From the NCBI GenBank assembly GCA_965222615.1, contig CBDCUI010000009.1, forward strand, positions 640,001 through 704,000: a stretch of DNA of 64,000 bases. Direction: 5' to 3'. A program made the position numbers and the translations under genes. The stretch is from Gammaproteobacteria bacterium (GTDB taxonomy: Bacteria > Pseudomonadota > Gammaproteobacteria > UBA4575). Positions 18,680 to 27,418 of this stretch are shown here, piece after piece; position 1 is the first letter of the stretch, and every line of letters begins with the position of its first letter. The notes under the pieces were generated by a model that had not been told where the DNA came from, searched no databases, and saw nothing but the letters and a program-made list of their open reading frames with translations.

Positions 18680-20119
18680 ATGCAGTATTTTATACTCATT
18701 CATCGCTGGATCGGGGTAGGATTATGTTTATTTTTTTCTGCTTGGTTTTTGAGTGGTATGGTTATGATATTTCAACCATACCCCTCGCTAAGTGAAGCCG
18801 AAAGACTTAAACGCAGTGAAGTAACCCAGTATTCGAAAGACTTATTATCGATATCTGAACTAAAGTCTTTTCAACAAGAAAGCCCATCTAAGGTTACGCT
18901 GATCAGTAAGCTCGATGAGCCTTATTTTTGGTGGAAAAGCGAAGCAAATTCGCGAATTACTGTGGTTAATGCGATCACAGGTGATACGCCCAATTTTAAA
19001 CCAGATCAAATACATAAGATAGCAAATAACTTTTATCCAGACAAAACCGTTGAAACAATTAATGTTGGAATTGAATATGATCAATGGATTGTTAGCAACC
19101 GTTTTGATCCTTACCGGCCTTTTTATCGAGTTGAGTTTGATGATGTAGCGCGTACAAACATTTATATCTCAAGCCGCAATGGTCAAATTTTGCAAGAAAC
19201 TAATCGATCGCAGCGCATATGGAATTATTTTGGAGCCGTTGTTCATTGGATTTATCCTACTGTCATACGTAAAAACTGGATCCTGTGGGATCAACTTGTA
19301 TGGTGGTTAGCTTTAGCAGGTATTGTCAGTGCAATTACAGGGTTAACGTTGGGATTGATTAAATCTATTCGTGCACAAAGTGGATGGTCAGATTATAGCG
19401 GTTGGCTATATTGGCACCATTTAGGCGGGCTTATTGTTGGATTGTTAGTTTTAAGCTGGATATTTAGTGGTTGGTTATCCATGGATCATGGACGCATATT
19501 TTCAAAACCGAATCCAACAACTGAACAAATACAGGCATTCCACGGTGTACCGCTGAGTGGAGTGGTAAATAGTTTGCCGGAATTTGAACCAGCTTATTCT
19601 TCCAATATTAATGAAATTGAATTGCGAGTCATTGCAGGAGAACCTTATTTATTGAGCAAGTCTTACACTGAAGGTAACCAAACCTGGTTGTTAAATTCAG
19701 AAGGTCATTGGCAGCAGCAAGACCAAGGATTGCCATATCAATTATTACGCAAAGCTGTTATGTCTACATGGCCTGATTTAGAAATAGCTGGATTCTTTAA
19801 AATCGAAAATGATGATGTCTATGCTCATCTACGCGAAAGTCAAATGTCATCAAATGTTCTACGAGTCGTATTAAGTGATCCTGAAAAAACCTGGGTCCAT
19901 GTTGACAGTATTTCGGGCGAAATAATCTCAATAATGGATTCTGGACGTAGAACTTATAGATGGTTATTCAATGGACTGCACAGTCTTGATTTCCCTAGTT
20001 TAATTTCGCGGCCTGCGTTGTGGTACTGCGTAATATTGAGTTTACTCGGGCTGGGCACATTATTCAGTTTTACTGGTGCAATAGTTGGTATCCGCCGCCT
20101 ATTAAAAGGCAGATTCTAG
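18680..20119 (+). CDS. PepSY-associated TM-helix domain protein
   Basis: HRWIG, HWIY, WHHLGG and RWLFNGLHSLD His motifs. Directly follows the receptor, and its stop lies inside the IS30 left end. Confidence 0.85.
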   Translation: MQYFILIHRWIGVGLCLFFSAWFLSGMVMIFQPYPSLSEAERLKRSEVTQYSKDLLSISELKSFQQESPSKVTLISKLDEPYFWWKSEANSRITVVNAITGDTPNFKPDQIHKIANNFYPDKTVETINVGIEYDQWIVSNRFDPYRPFYRVEFDDVARTNIYISSRNGQILQETNRSQRIWNYFGAVVHWIYPTVIRKNWILWDQLVWWLALAGIVSAITGLTLGLIKSIRAQSGWSDYSGWLYWHHLGGLIVGLLVLSWIFSGWLSMDHGRIFSKPNPTTEQIQAFHGVPLSGVVNSLPEFEPAYSSNINEIELRVIAGEPYLLSKSYTEGNQTWLLNSEGHWQQQDQGLPYQLLRKAVMSTWPDLEIAGFFKIENDDVYAHLRESQMSSNVLRVVLSDPEKTWVHVDSISGEIISIMDSGRRTYRWLFNGLHSLDFPSLISRPALWYCVILSLLGLGTLFSFTGAIVGIRRLLKGRF

Positions 20120-21211
20120 ATCCAAGTGCACCACTAACTTAAGTGGCAGGACATGAATTCTTATCCAAGTAAAATGAGGTTTTCGAGATCTTATTTTAGC
20201 AGGAGGGATTCATGTCCTACGTACATGTTAGCGCAAAAGAACGTCATACATTAATGTATTTGTTGCATCTTCGTTTCAGTTATCGAGAGATTGGACGTCG
20301 ATTAGGCCGTCATCACAGCACCATCTCAAGAGAAGTCAAACGTAATGGTCGCAGGTCTGGTTGGAGTTATTGGGATGAATACGCGCAGTGCCAAGCGCAA
20401 CAGCGTAAACGTCAGCCTCGTCATCGGAGAAGACGAGATCATCAAACACTCTATAACAAGGTCATCGCGTACTTACGCCAAGGCTGGTCCCCGGATGCCA
20501 TCAGTGGCTGGTTGCGCAGACATTACAAGAAGCGTTCTCGCGTACAGGTCTGCACAGAAACGATTTATCAGTGGATCTATTGTGATGCCCAAACAGGCGG
20601 CACGTTATATCACTATTTAGCCTCGCAGCATAAGAAGCGCAAACGACAGCCTTTGAATAGGCTCAAAACGATCGGCATTTCACATCGAGTAGGGATTGAA
20701 CATCGTCCTGATCATATTGAAAAAAGACAACGACTAGGCCATTGGGAAGGCGATACGGTGGAAGGGGCCAAAGGCTGTGGCGGTGTGGTGACCTTAGTCG
20801 AACGTAAAAGCCGGTTTCTTCTTGCAGGTTTGCTTAAAGACAAACAAGCCCTCACCTTTAGTCAAGTTTCACAACAAGCACTTAAAAACATTCCAAGTAC
20901 ACTATGCAAAACATTGACCTTGGACAATGGGAAAGAAAATGTCCTGCATCAACAAATCAGCCAATCAAAAAAGATGAAGATCTATTTCACCGATCCGTAT
21001 TCACCTTGGCAACGCGGTACCAATGAACAAACCAATGGTTTATTGAGAAGAACCTTTCCTAAAGGAACTGATTTTCGTAAAGTATCTAAACAACAACTTA
21101 AAAAAGCCGTTAAACGCATTAATCAACGACCTCGTAAAATACTCAACTACTTAACACCTGAGGAAGTTTTTATGAATGCCGTGAATGGTGCACTTTGAAT
21201 TGGAACTCGCC
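20108..21211 (+). mobile_element. IS30-family insertion sequence (1104 bp)
   Basis: 26-bp imperfect IRs GGCAGATTCTAGATCCAAGTGCACCA (20108-20133) and TGGTGCACTTTGAATTGGAACTCGCC (21186-21211), 19/26 match, flanked by an AA/AAA duplication. Confidence 0.9.
20212..21198 (+). CDS. IS30-family DDE transposase
   Basis: GRHHSTISREVKRN HTH, GHWEGDTV, TLDNGKE and PYSPWQRGTNEQTNGLLR motifs. Confidence 0.95.
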   Translation: MSYVHVSAKERHTLMYLLHLRFSYREIGRRLGRHHSTISREVKRNGRRSGWSYWDEYAQCQAQQRKRQPRHRRRRDHQTLYNKVIAYLRQGWSPDAISGWLRRHYKKRSRVQVCTETIYQWIYCDAQTGGTLYHYLASQHKKRKRQPLNRLKTIGISHRVGIEHRPDHIEKRQRLGHWEGDTVEGAKGCGGVVTLVERKSRFLLAGLLKDKQALTFSQVSQQALKNIPSTLCKTLTLDNGKENVLHQQISQSKKMKIYFTDPYSPWQRGTNEQTNGLLRRTFPKGTDFRKVSKQQLKKAVKRINQRPRKILNYLTPEEVFMNAVNGAL

Positions 21212-21284
21212 AAATAACTATTTGACTAGATAGCAAAATAAAACTTAACAATGAGAAAAAGAACCGTATGAAAAGATCAGTAAA

Positions 21285-21728
21285 TTATATAAATGTCTGC
21301 AAACACTTAGCTACCCCCTTGAATTTGCCATTTTCAAACTGATGCCACTTACAACGAATATGATTATATTTCCAGCGCGATACATACTTTATATCATCAC
21401 CCCAACCAGGTTCTTTCCAATATTTCCCATCTATAAAACCAAATTTATTATCACCCGTTCCATCAATATATTGGCATTCCCAGTTTTTTTTGTTGAGTAT
21501 TGTACAATCCTCATACTCATCTACCAAACTAGCTACTTCACTGATAACTTTGTTCTTACCTACTCTGAAAGTTACTCGCATCACTGGACGCCATTCGCTT
21601 ACATCGTTTTGTTCAGGCACAGGTTTTACAACAACATATGCATATATAATCTGGCCATCATCACAGCTAGTAATACCAGCAAATGTTAATAAGGTTATTA
21701 AAAAGATGCGTATGTTCATTTCTACCAA
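21285..21728 (-). CDS. Hypothetical lipoprotein
   Basis: Hydrophobic N-terminus ending in AGITSC (lipobox-like). Confidence 0.55.
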   Translation of the reverse strand: MVEMNIRIFLITLLTFAGITSCDDGQIIYAYVVVKPVPEQNDVSEWRPVMRVTFRVGKNKVISEVASLVDEYEDCTILNKKNWECQYIDGTGDNKFGFIDGKYWKEPGWGDDIKYVSRWKYNHIRCKWHQFENGKFKGVAKCLQTFI

Positions 21729-21785
21729 CTATTAGTAAATATGTAGTTTTTTATTTTATCACTAAATCATTAGCTCGCAGGATGG

Positions 21786-22199
21786 TTGAAAATGTCTTCA
21801 AATAACAACTCTGATTTTATTCTTTTATCCACGCTAATTAATAAACTAAAAGATAATAACTATTATCGTACATTTGCTAAATCATTACTACGAGCAAACA
21901 TCGAAGAACATAATTTACCATCTGATAATGAGCTTGTCGCAGAGATGTTTCGTTATTTTATCAAGGAAAATGAGCTATATATGTTTCACAATAGTTCAAA
22001 AGTATCTGCAGATTATATTGAGTCCGAAGCAAACCGAAGAATTTTAGAGAAAACTAAAGAAAAAAAAGATATAGAACTTATGAAGGAATTAGAACAAAAA
22101 TTAATTTGGGAGAAAGAAATTTACATAAACATAAAAGATTTAAAGAAATTATATGCGAATAAATGTATCGTGTTTCCGAAGTCATTGTTAAATGGCTAA
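21786..22199 (+). CDS. Hypothetical protein (very AT-rich)
   Basis: 137-aa ORF with no recognised motif. Confidence 0.5.
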   Translation: MKMSSNNNSDFILLSTLINKLKDNNYYRTFAKSLLRANIEEHNLPSDNELVAEMFRYFIKENELYMFHNSSKVSADYIESEANRRILEKTKEKKDIELMKELEQKLIWEKEIYINIKDLKKLYANKCIVFPKSLLNG

Positions 22200-22588
22200 C
22201 CTTTAGCTTCAAAATCATCTTCTCTAAGTTTTGCTGTCCCATCTTCTTGCAATATCCAGAGCTCTTTATAAATAACACCACTGGCCTTATTCATTTTCCA
22301 ATTTGAAGTTAATATCGCACTTTTGTCATCAACTACTTCAATTTTTGGACCCACATATTCAACATCTGAAAATCCCTGGTCTATGAGATTTTGCCAAAAT
22401 CCTTGAATCTCCACTGTTCCTGTAAACGTACCAAATGGCCTAGCGTTCATTACTGCATCTTCTTCATATTGGGATACACAACCCACCGCATCACCTGAAT
22501 TAAAGGACTTTTTCCATAATTCGCTTGCTGTGTTAATTGCATTCAAAACCATAGCTTTTTGCTCATCAGTAACCATATGCTTTCTCAC
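22196..22588 (-). CDS. NTF2/SnoaL-like (DUF4440-type) protein
   Basis: W...FNSGDA..C...YEEDAVM.ARPFG.F.G...I..FW pattern. The true start may be MVTDEQ. Confidence 0.75.
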   Translation of the reverse strand: MRKHMVTDEQKAMVLNAINTASELWKKSFNSGDAVGCVSQYEEDAVMNARPFGTFTGTVEIQGFWQNLIDQGFSDVEYVGPKIEVVDDKSAILTSNWKMNKASGVIYKELWILQEDGTAKLREDDFEAKG

Positions 22589-22637
22589 TTCATAAGTTAA
22601 ATTGCCCGCAAATTAATTACCGCGAAGCGATTCCTTA

Positions 22638-22667
22638 GGGTTCGGCTCCACTTTTCACGTTCAATTA
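22638..22667. repeat. 30-bp direct repeat (second copy at 23690-23719)
   Basis: GGGTTCGGCTCCACTTTTCACGTTCAATTA vs GGGTTCGACTCCACTTTTCACCTTCAATTA, 28/30 identical. Confidence 0.85.
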
Positions 22668-23501
22668 CTCAAATAATTTAAACCGTACCCAAGTTAGATC
22701 AACTTTATCAAAATCTAAGTTAGGAACTACACTCAAATTTAAATCAGTAAATAATTCATGTTTTGTTATTTTATTAATGCTTTGGTCAAATGATAACAAC
22801 TTGTTAATCGAAACTGCTAATTGTGTGTGGTGTGCTACTAAAGCAACCATATTACGCGTCAAAACAGGTTGATTATCTATATCTATTCTTAAAGTTCCAC
22901 CTTTATGTTTAATTAGCCGCAGATGCAATAGTTGATGAAATTCTTGACAGTTATCAGATATATTTTTAACAATATTTTTCCACTCATTACTACTTAAATA
23001 TGGATCTTCAAACTTCTCAAAATTAACTTTTGCAGTAATAAAAAAATTTTCTATTTCATCAACTAATTTTTTAGAAATATCATATGACCCATTTTTTGAA
23101 TCTGGAAAAAGTTTAGAATGAAGTTCACGTACATTATCAAAATGCAAATGACTATTTTCAATATTTATCATAGAACTAACATAGTCTTCAAATTCTTCAA
23201 CATGCCTATAATAATTAGAAAATATATTTTGACTTTTTGATTCATGAATCTGTGCTTTTGTTTGCTCTGACCGATGATTTGATGCTAGTAGTGCAATTGT
23301 TGGAATTAATAATGCTAAAATACCAAGAGGTAATTTGTAATATGAAAATAGATTATTGAAACATTCAACTTCGGGACAAAATCTAAATTCATTCAAAAGT
23401 AATATTGCAATCGCAGATATCAGTGCAAATAATAGTATTATCCATACAACATATTTGAAAACTGCAAGTTCAAATAAACTTTTATTCGGATCGAACATCA
23501 T
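22665..23501 (-). CDS. Low-GC hypothetical membrane protein (two N-terminal TMs)
   Basis: 278-aa ORF with TM-TM followed by HRSEQTKAQI...N.FSNYY.H. Confidence 0.7.
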   Translation of the reverse strand: MMFDPNKSLFELAVFKYVVWIILLFALISAIAILLLNEFRFCPEVECFNNLFSYYKLPLGILALLIPTIALLASNHRSEQTKAQIHESKSQNIFSNYYRHVEEFEDYVSSMINIENSHLHFDNVRELHSKLFPDSKNGSYDISKKLVDEIENFFITAKVNFEKFEDPYLSSNEWKNIVKNISDNCQEFHQLLHLRLIKHKGGTLRIDIDNQPVLTRNMVALVAHHTQLAVSINKLLSFDQSINKITKHELFTDLNLSVVPNLDFDKVDLTWVRFKLFE

Positions 23502-23579
23502 ATGTTTATTATTATTAAACTTTGCTAGTCATATTAGCCAGATTTTCTGTTCCCCAATAGCAATAGAATCATAGGCCTA

Positions 23580-23928
23580 TGGTGGAAAGAGGGATTACAA
23601 AATACTTCCTTGTATTTTGCCCTTCGGGCCGGTGTCGCTACGCTCCCCCGTTCAAATTTGTTCCAGACAAATTTGTCGACCCTCTCCTCGGGTTCGACTC
23701 CACTTTTCACCTTCAATTATCAAAGACGGGATAAATACCGTCTTTGATAATTGTGGCGGAGAGAGAGGGATTACAAAATACTTCCTGTATTTTGCCCTTC
23801 GGGCCATCGCCTACGGCGATGTTCAAAATCGTTCCTGACGATTTTGTCGAACCTTATTATTTATTCCGAGGGTTCGAACACAATCATCAATAATTATTTG
23901 GGGGAGCGTAGCTCCCCCAAATAATTAT
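23580..23928 (-). repeat. Two ~175-bp tandem repeat units each carrying a tRNA-Ser 3'-end copy
   Basis: TGG(C/T)GGA..GAGGGATT starts at 23580 and 23754, with the true tRNA end at 23929. Both units contain CAAAATAC..GTATTTTG-CCCTTCGGG and GTTCAAA..TTTGTCGA palindromes. Confidence 0.8.
23714..23753. terminator. Perfect 16-bp hairpin
   Basis: CAATTATCAAAGACGG-GATAAATA-CCGTCTTTGATAATTG. Confidence 0.65.
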
Positions 23929-23930
23929 TG
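23888..23930 (-). terminator. Perfect 20-bp hairpin immediately after tRNA-Ser
   Basis: CAATAATTATTTGGGGGAGC-GTA-GCTCCCCCAAATAATTATTG. Confidence 0.75.
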
Positions 23931-24020
23931 GCGGAGAGAGAGGGATTCGAACCCTCGGTGCCCCGTTGAGGACACACTCACTTTCCAGGCGAGCCCGTTC
24001 GACCACTCCGGCATCTCTCC
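23929..24020 (-). tRNA. tRNA-Ser(GGA)
   Basis: GGAGAGATGCCGGAGTGGTCGAACGGGCTCGCCTGGAAAGTGAG...GAGGGTTCGAATCCCTCTCTCTCCGCCA, with a long variable arm, anticodon GGA and encoded CCA. Confidence 0.96.
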
Positions 24021-24100
24021 AAATAAAAACATTTACTACGAGCACTTATAATAGATTAAGTGCTTAAAATTGTAGTACTCAGCACCTTTTAAGTTTACCT

Positions 24101-24155
24101 AACTTTAATCTGTTTGCATCGTCCCTGATGCAACTCTTACTCACACATCCATGTG
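24101..24155 (+). repeat. Small palindromic dispersed repeat (inverted homologue at 35183-35237)
   Basis: AACTTTAATCTGTTTGCATCGTCCCTGATG...CACATCCATGTG aligns with the reverse complement of 35183-35237. Confidence 0.7.
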
Positions 24156-24380
24156 TTCGCTACCGGCATCTCTCCACACTTGTGAGCGGGTATTGCTCGC
24201 AAATTAATTATCGCGTAGCGATTCAATACTCTATCTTATGCAAATTAAGTATATCGCAGCTACTCCACTTTAATAATAGTTATTGGAGGATTGCAAAACA
24301 TTCCCACGAAAATTACTCAACAGTCGTGCACATCATCCATGATGCGATCTTTCTCGTGAATCCATTCACTTGTAATTGAG

Positions 24381-24719
24381 TCAGGAACTTTTGCCTTTGT
24401 CGTTGCTTGGATTATATATAGAAGATGGGAAATGAGCGACATTTTCACCGGCGTCAGATATTTTTGCGACACCTTGCTTGTCGACTTCATCAATTCGAAT
24501 AATGGCATGCATCGGAACAAAAAAACGTTTAACCTGATCAAATTCAGACTTGAGCTTTTCTTCACTAGGATCAACTACAACACTAGTCCGTTCGTCAAAT
24601 GTCAGACCTTCTATGGTAATGAAACCATACAAATCTGATTGATACACTTGCTGTGCGTAAATCTCAAAAACTTTGTTTTGATTATAAAAACTTATTTTAT
24701 AGATCGTCTTTTTTGGCAT
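24381..24719 (-). CDS. DUF1820-family protein
   Basis: YKISFYNQ.KVFEIYA, VVVDPSEEKLKSEF and PMHAIIRIDEV. Confidence 0.8.
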   Translation of the reverse strand: MPKKTIYKISFYNQNKVFEIYAQQVYQSDLYGFITIEGLTFDERTSVVVDPSEEKLKSEFDQVKRFFVPMHAIIRIDEVDKQGVAKISDAGENVAHFPSSIYNPSNDKGKSS

Positions 24720-24755
24720 AAGAAATATTAAGCACTCATTTTTTCTAAAAGACTA

Positions 24756-25487
24756 TTAAACCGCAATTGTCTTCTTAGGATCAAATCTCTTAACTAATTG
24801 ATAGCCTTTATAACCGCGTGGATTACATACTACACGGACCCCATGTTTTGTATAGTCACAGGAGCGGTGTATATGTCCATGCACCCATAAATCTATTTGT
24901 TTATCCTTTAACATTGGTTCTAATTCATTGCAATAAGCATATTTTATATAATCATCTTCTTCTGATTCCCAACTTTTCAATGAAGGGGCATGGTGTGTAA
25001 CGACTACTGTGGATCCTTGATGTGGTTTACTCAGCTCTCTTTCTAACCATTTTTTTGAGCTTTGATTTAATTTCATTAGCTGTTGTGGCGTAACGAGGTC
25101 TTCATCCAAAAAAATATAGCGAAAGTCATTCATTACACTTTGAAGTTCTTCTAACTGTTCTTTATCACCACATTCATTAAAATCTGCCCAAAGTGTACAG
25201 CCAATAAACCTAACACCATCAATTTCCACACTATCTTTTTCTAGATAATGTACATTACTGCCTTTGCTACTATTAATTAGGACATTATTTAAGTCTTTAA
25301 TTTCAAATCCCCAATATTCATGATTTCCCGCCACATAAATAATCGGCACATTCAAGGTTTGCAACCATTCTAAGCCTTCTGTACCGACACCTATGTCACC
25401 TGCTGCAATTACCACATCACACCCATTGATTGGTAATTCAAACTTACCAAATTCCAGATGAACATCAGAAATAACCTGTATTTTCAT
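24756..25487 (-). CDS. Calcineurin-like metallophosphoesterase
   Basis: SDVHLE, AGDI, GNHEY, THHAP, HGHIH and CNPRGY motifs. Confidence 0.9.
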   Translation of the reverse strand: MKIQVISDVHLEFGKFELPINGCDVVIAAGDIGVGTEGLEWLQTLNVPIIYVAGNHEYWGFEIKDLNNVLINSSKGSNVHYLEKDSVEIDGVRFIGCTLWADFNECGDKEQLEELQSVMNDFRYIFLDEDLVTPQQLMKLNQSSKKWLERELSKPHQGSTVVVTHHAPSLKSWESEEDDYIKYAYCNELEPMLKDKQIDLWVHGHIHRSCDYTKHGVRVVCNPRGYKGYQLVKRFDPKKTIAV

Positions 25488-25658
25488 TAATACTAGTGAT
25501 TTAAGTAGCTATTGTTTGGATAAAACAAATTAGTTGATAATCAATGTCTTATTGATGCCTGAGAGCATATATTAAAACAGATATCGTGGGCTTGAGGAGA
25601 AAAAAAACACTAACTGAGGGATAAGCCAGACTAAGTGCTTAATTATCCTTATCTGCAA

Positions 25659-25694
25659 AGAAAAAACGCCACGCAAAAGCGTGGCGTTTTTTCT
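25659..25694. terminator. Rho-independent terminator (bidirectional shape)
   Basis: AGAAAAAACGCCACGC-AAAA-GCGTGGCGTTTTTTCT. Confidence 0.85.
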
Positions 25695-25714
25695 AGAAAA
25701 TATTTAATAATCGC

Positions 25715-26779
25715 TTAGAACTTCAGACCCAAGGCGTTAATAGTCTCCAAAGTCACAAAGTTAGTGCCATATGCAAGGCCCTTACGTTTAGCAAAACATT
25801 GTGCGCCTCTAAAAGTACATGGTCCCATAATTCCATCGACTTCACACTGGTAACAACCATGTTTCTTCAAAGCTCTTTGTAATTGAGTTACATTTTGGGT
25901 AGTCATGTTAACCTGACACAGTACTGGCGCCCAGGTTAACTGTTCTTGCCGAACCATTTCAGTACGTGTAACGGTTCCATATTCTTCTGGAACTTTAATG
26001 CGCTTTTCTTGTGCAGCTGTAACTAACTCAGTTACCTCTACTGTTTTATATTCCGCAGGTGTAGTTACCTTTTTAGTAGTAGCAGGACTAACCAAAACAG
26101 TCTTTGTAACAGTCTTGTACTCAGCAGGAATTTCAACAAGACACATTAATTCACCGGTATCAGTCACCCTGGTACCGACAACTTTTTGGTTTCCAAATCG
26201 ACTTTGTATCGCAGCAGCACTATCACCACCTGCTGCGCCTACTCCTGCACCTGCAGCATCAATGCCAGCACCTTTCTTCCAGACAGTACGCGCAGGCGAA
26301 ACTTGTACACGTTCAGTTTTGGTTCCATATTTAGCTGGCACCTGTACCAGTTTTGTTGTTTCCGGTTTCACCATAACTCGTTTAGTAACGGTCCTATAGG
26401 TAGCAGGAATAATCTGTATTTTTTCTGATGCTTCTTTTTTAACAACTTTTTCTGTCACAGTACGATGTTCAGCAGGAACTAGCATACGTGCATAACATTC
26501 ACCCGGGCGCGCATTCGGTGGATATAAATCCCCAGATGCAGCAGCAGGTGCAGTTTCTTGTGATCCAGCGCTTTGCTCTGCCATCATTCTTTCTTTTTTT
26601 GCAAGCTCATGCTCTCGCATATTGAGCTCACGTTCACGTTCCATCATTTCAGCTTCAGAAGCTGTCATTTCTGCATCGCCTTCCGCTTCCATTGATTCAG
26701 CTGTTTCAGTGGTAGTCTGACAAGATGCTAGGAACAAAGCAGCTAATAATGCTGCAATTAGCATGCTAATTCGTTTCAT
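25715..26779 (-). CDS. Lipoprotein with (V/I)PA.Y.TV repeats and a C-terminal peptidoglycan-binding domain
   Basis: Lipobox FLASC, PPNARPGECYAR, repeated PAEYKTV, and LQRALK..G....VDGIMGP.T PG-binding motif. Confidence 0.8.
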   Translation of the reverse strand: MKRISMLIAALLAALFLASCQTTTETAESMEAEGDAEMTASEAEMMERERELNMREHELAKKERMMAEQSAGSQETAPAAASGDLYPPNARPGECYARMLVPAEHRTVTEKVVKKEASEKIQIIPATYRTVTKRVMVKPETTKLVQVPAKYGTKTERVQVSPARTVWKKGAGIDAAGAGVGAAGGDSAAAIQSRFGNQKVVGTRVTDTGELMCLVEIPAEYKTVTKTVLVSPATTKKVTTPAEYKTVEVTELVTAAQEKRIKVPEEYGTVTRTEMVRQEQLTWAPVLCQVNMTTQNVTQLQRALKKHGCYQCEVDGIMGPCTFRGAQCFAKRKGLAYGTNFVTLETINALGLKF

Positions 26780-27070
26780 AGTTAGTAGTCTCCCTAGGGA
26801 TTAATTATTGAATTTTCTATTGTTTTAGAAATATATCATTCAAGAAATATTTTTAAGATCCAGCTATTGTAAACTAAAGTTAAAACTTATTTAATAACAA
26901 AATTAATCATTGCCACAAAATTATTTACTGTGAATACATGATGTTAGACAATTTATGCAGAATTAGCAGAAAATAAATATAAGACATAATATCATTCAAA
27001 CGCGTTGCTAGAGTATGAGGTTAGCCGGAAAAGGAAAGTAATTAAACAACCAAACTATTTATGATTATAA

Positions 27071-27418
27071 TCATTTACTGGTCTGCCTGACCAATACCAC
27101 TAGTTTCTGATAGCAGGGACCGATACTTTTAATTATCTCCTGCTGAGTCTTTGTCGACCGTAATATTTCCAGACATAACTCTTCCAAACTTCGCGCAGTA
27201 TTGGATATTTTATCTAAACCATAAGAACCTGCCGAACCGGCTAGTTTATGACTGTGAGTACGTAACAACTCTAAATGAGTCATTTCAAATGATCCATCAA
27301 TAATCTTTTGCCAATTTTCATCTAAAATAGCCAACTTTTTCGGTAACGAAGCAACATATTCTCGCTTGAGCTGGGAAATTTTTTGTTGCGCATCTGGTGA
27401 TAAGTTAGGCATTTTCAA
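27071..27418 (-). CDS. Hpt phosphotransfer domain protein
   Basis: HKLAGSAGSYG motif. Confidence 0.88.
   Translation of the reverse strand: MKMPNLSPDAQQKISQLKREYVASLPKKLAILDENWQKIIDGSFEMTHLELLRTHSHKLAGSAGSYGLDKISNTARSLEELCLEILRSTKTQQEIIKSIGPCYQKLVVLVRQTSK

Noticed and set aside
23580-23928. CRISPR array or additional tRNA genes
   Set aside because: There are only two long units, no unique spacers and no cas genes. The units hold only interrupted tRNA 3' fragments.
1-23929. Whole left arm as an integrative element at tRNA-Ser
   Set aside because: No integrase and no distal att copy in the window, so it cannot be supported from this sequence.
23534-24379. ORFs 23534-23716, 23617-23838 and 24128-24379
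   Set aside because: They overlap palindromic repeats and the tRNA leader and have no protein-like features.
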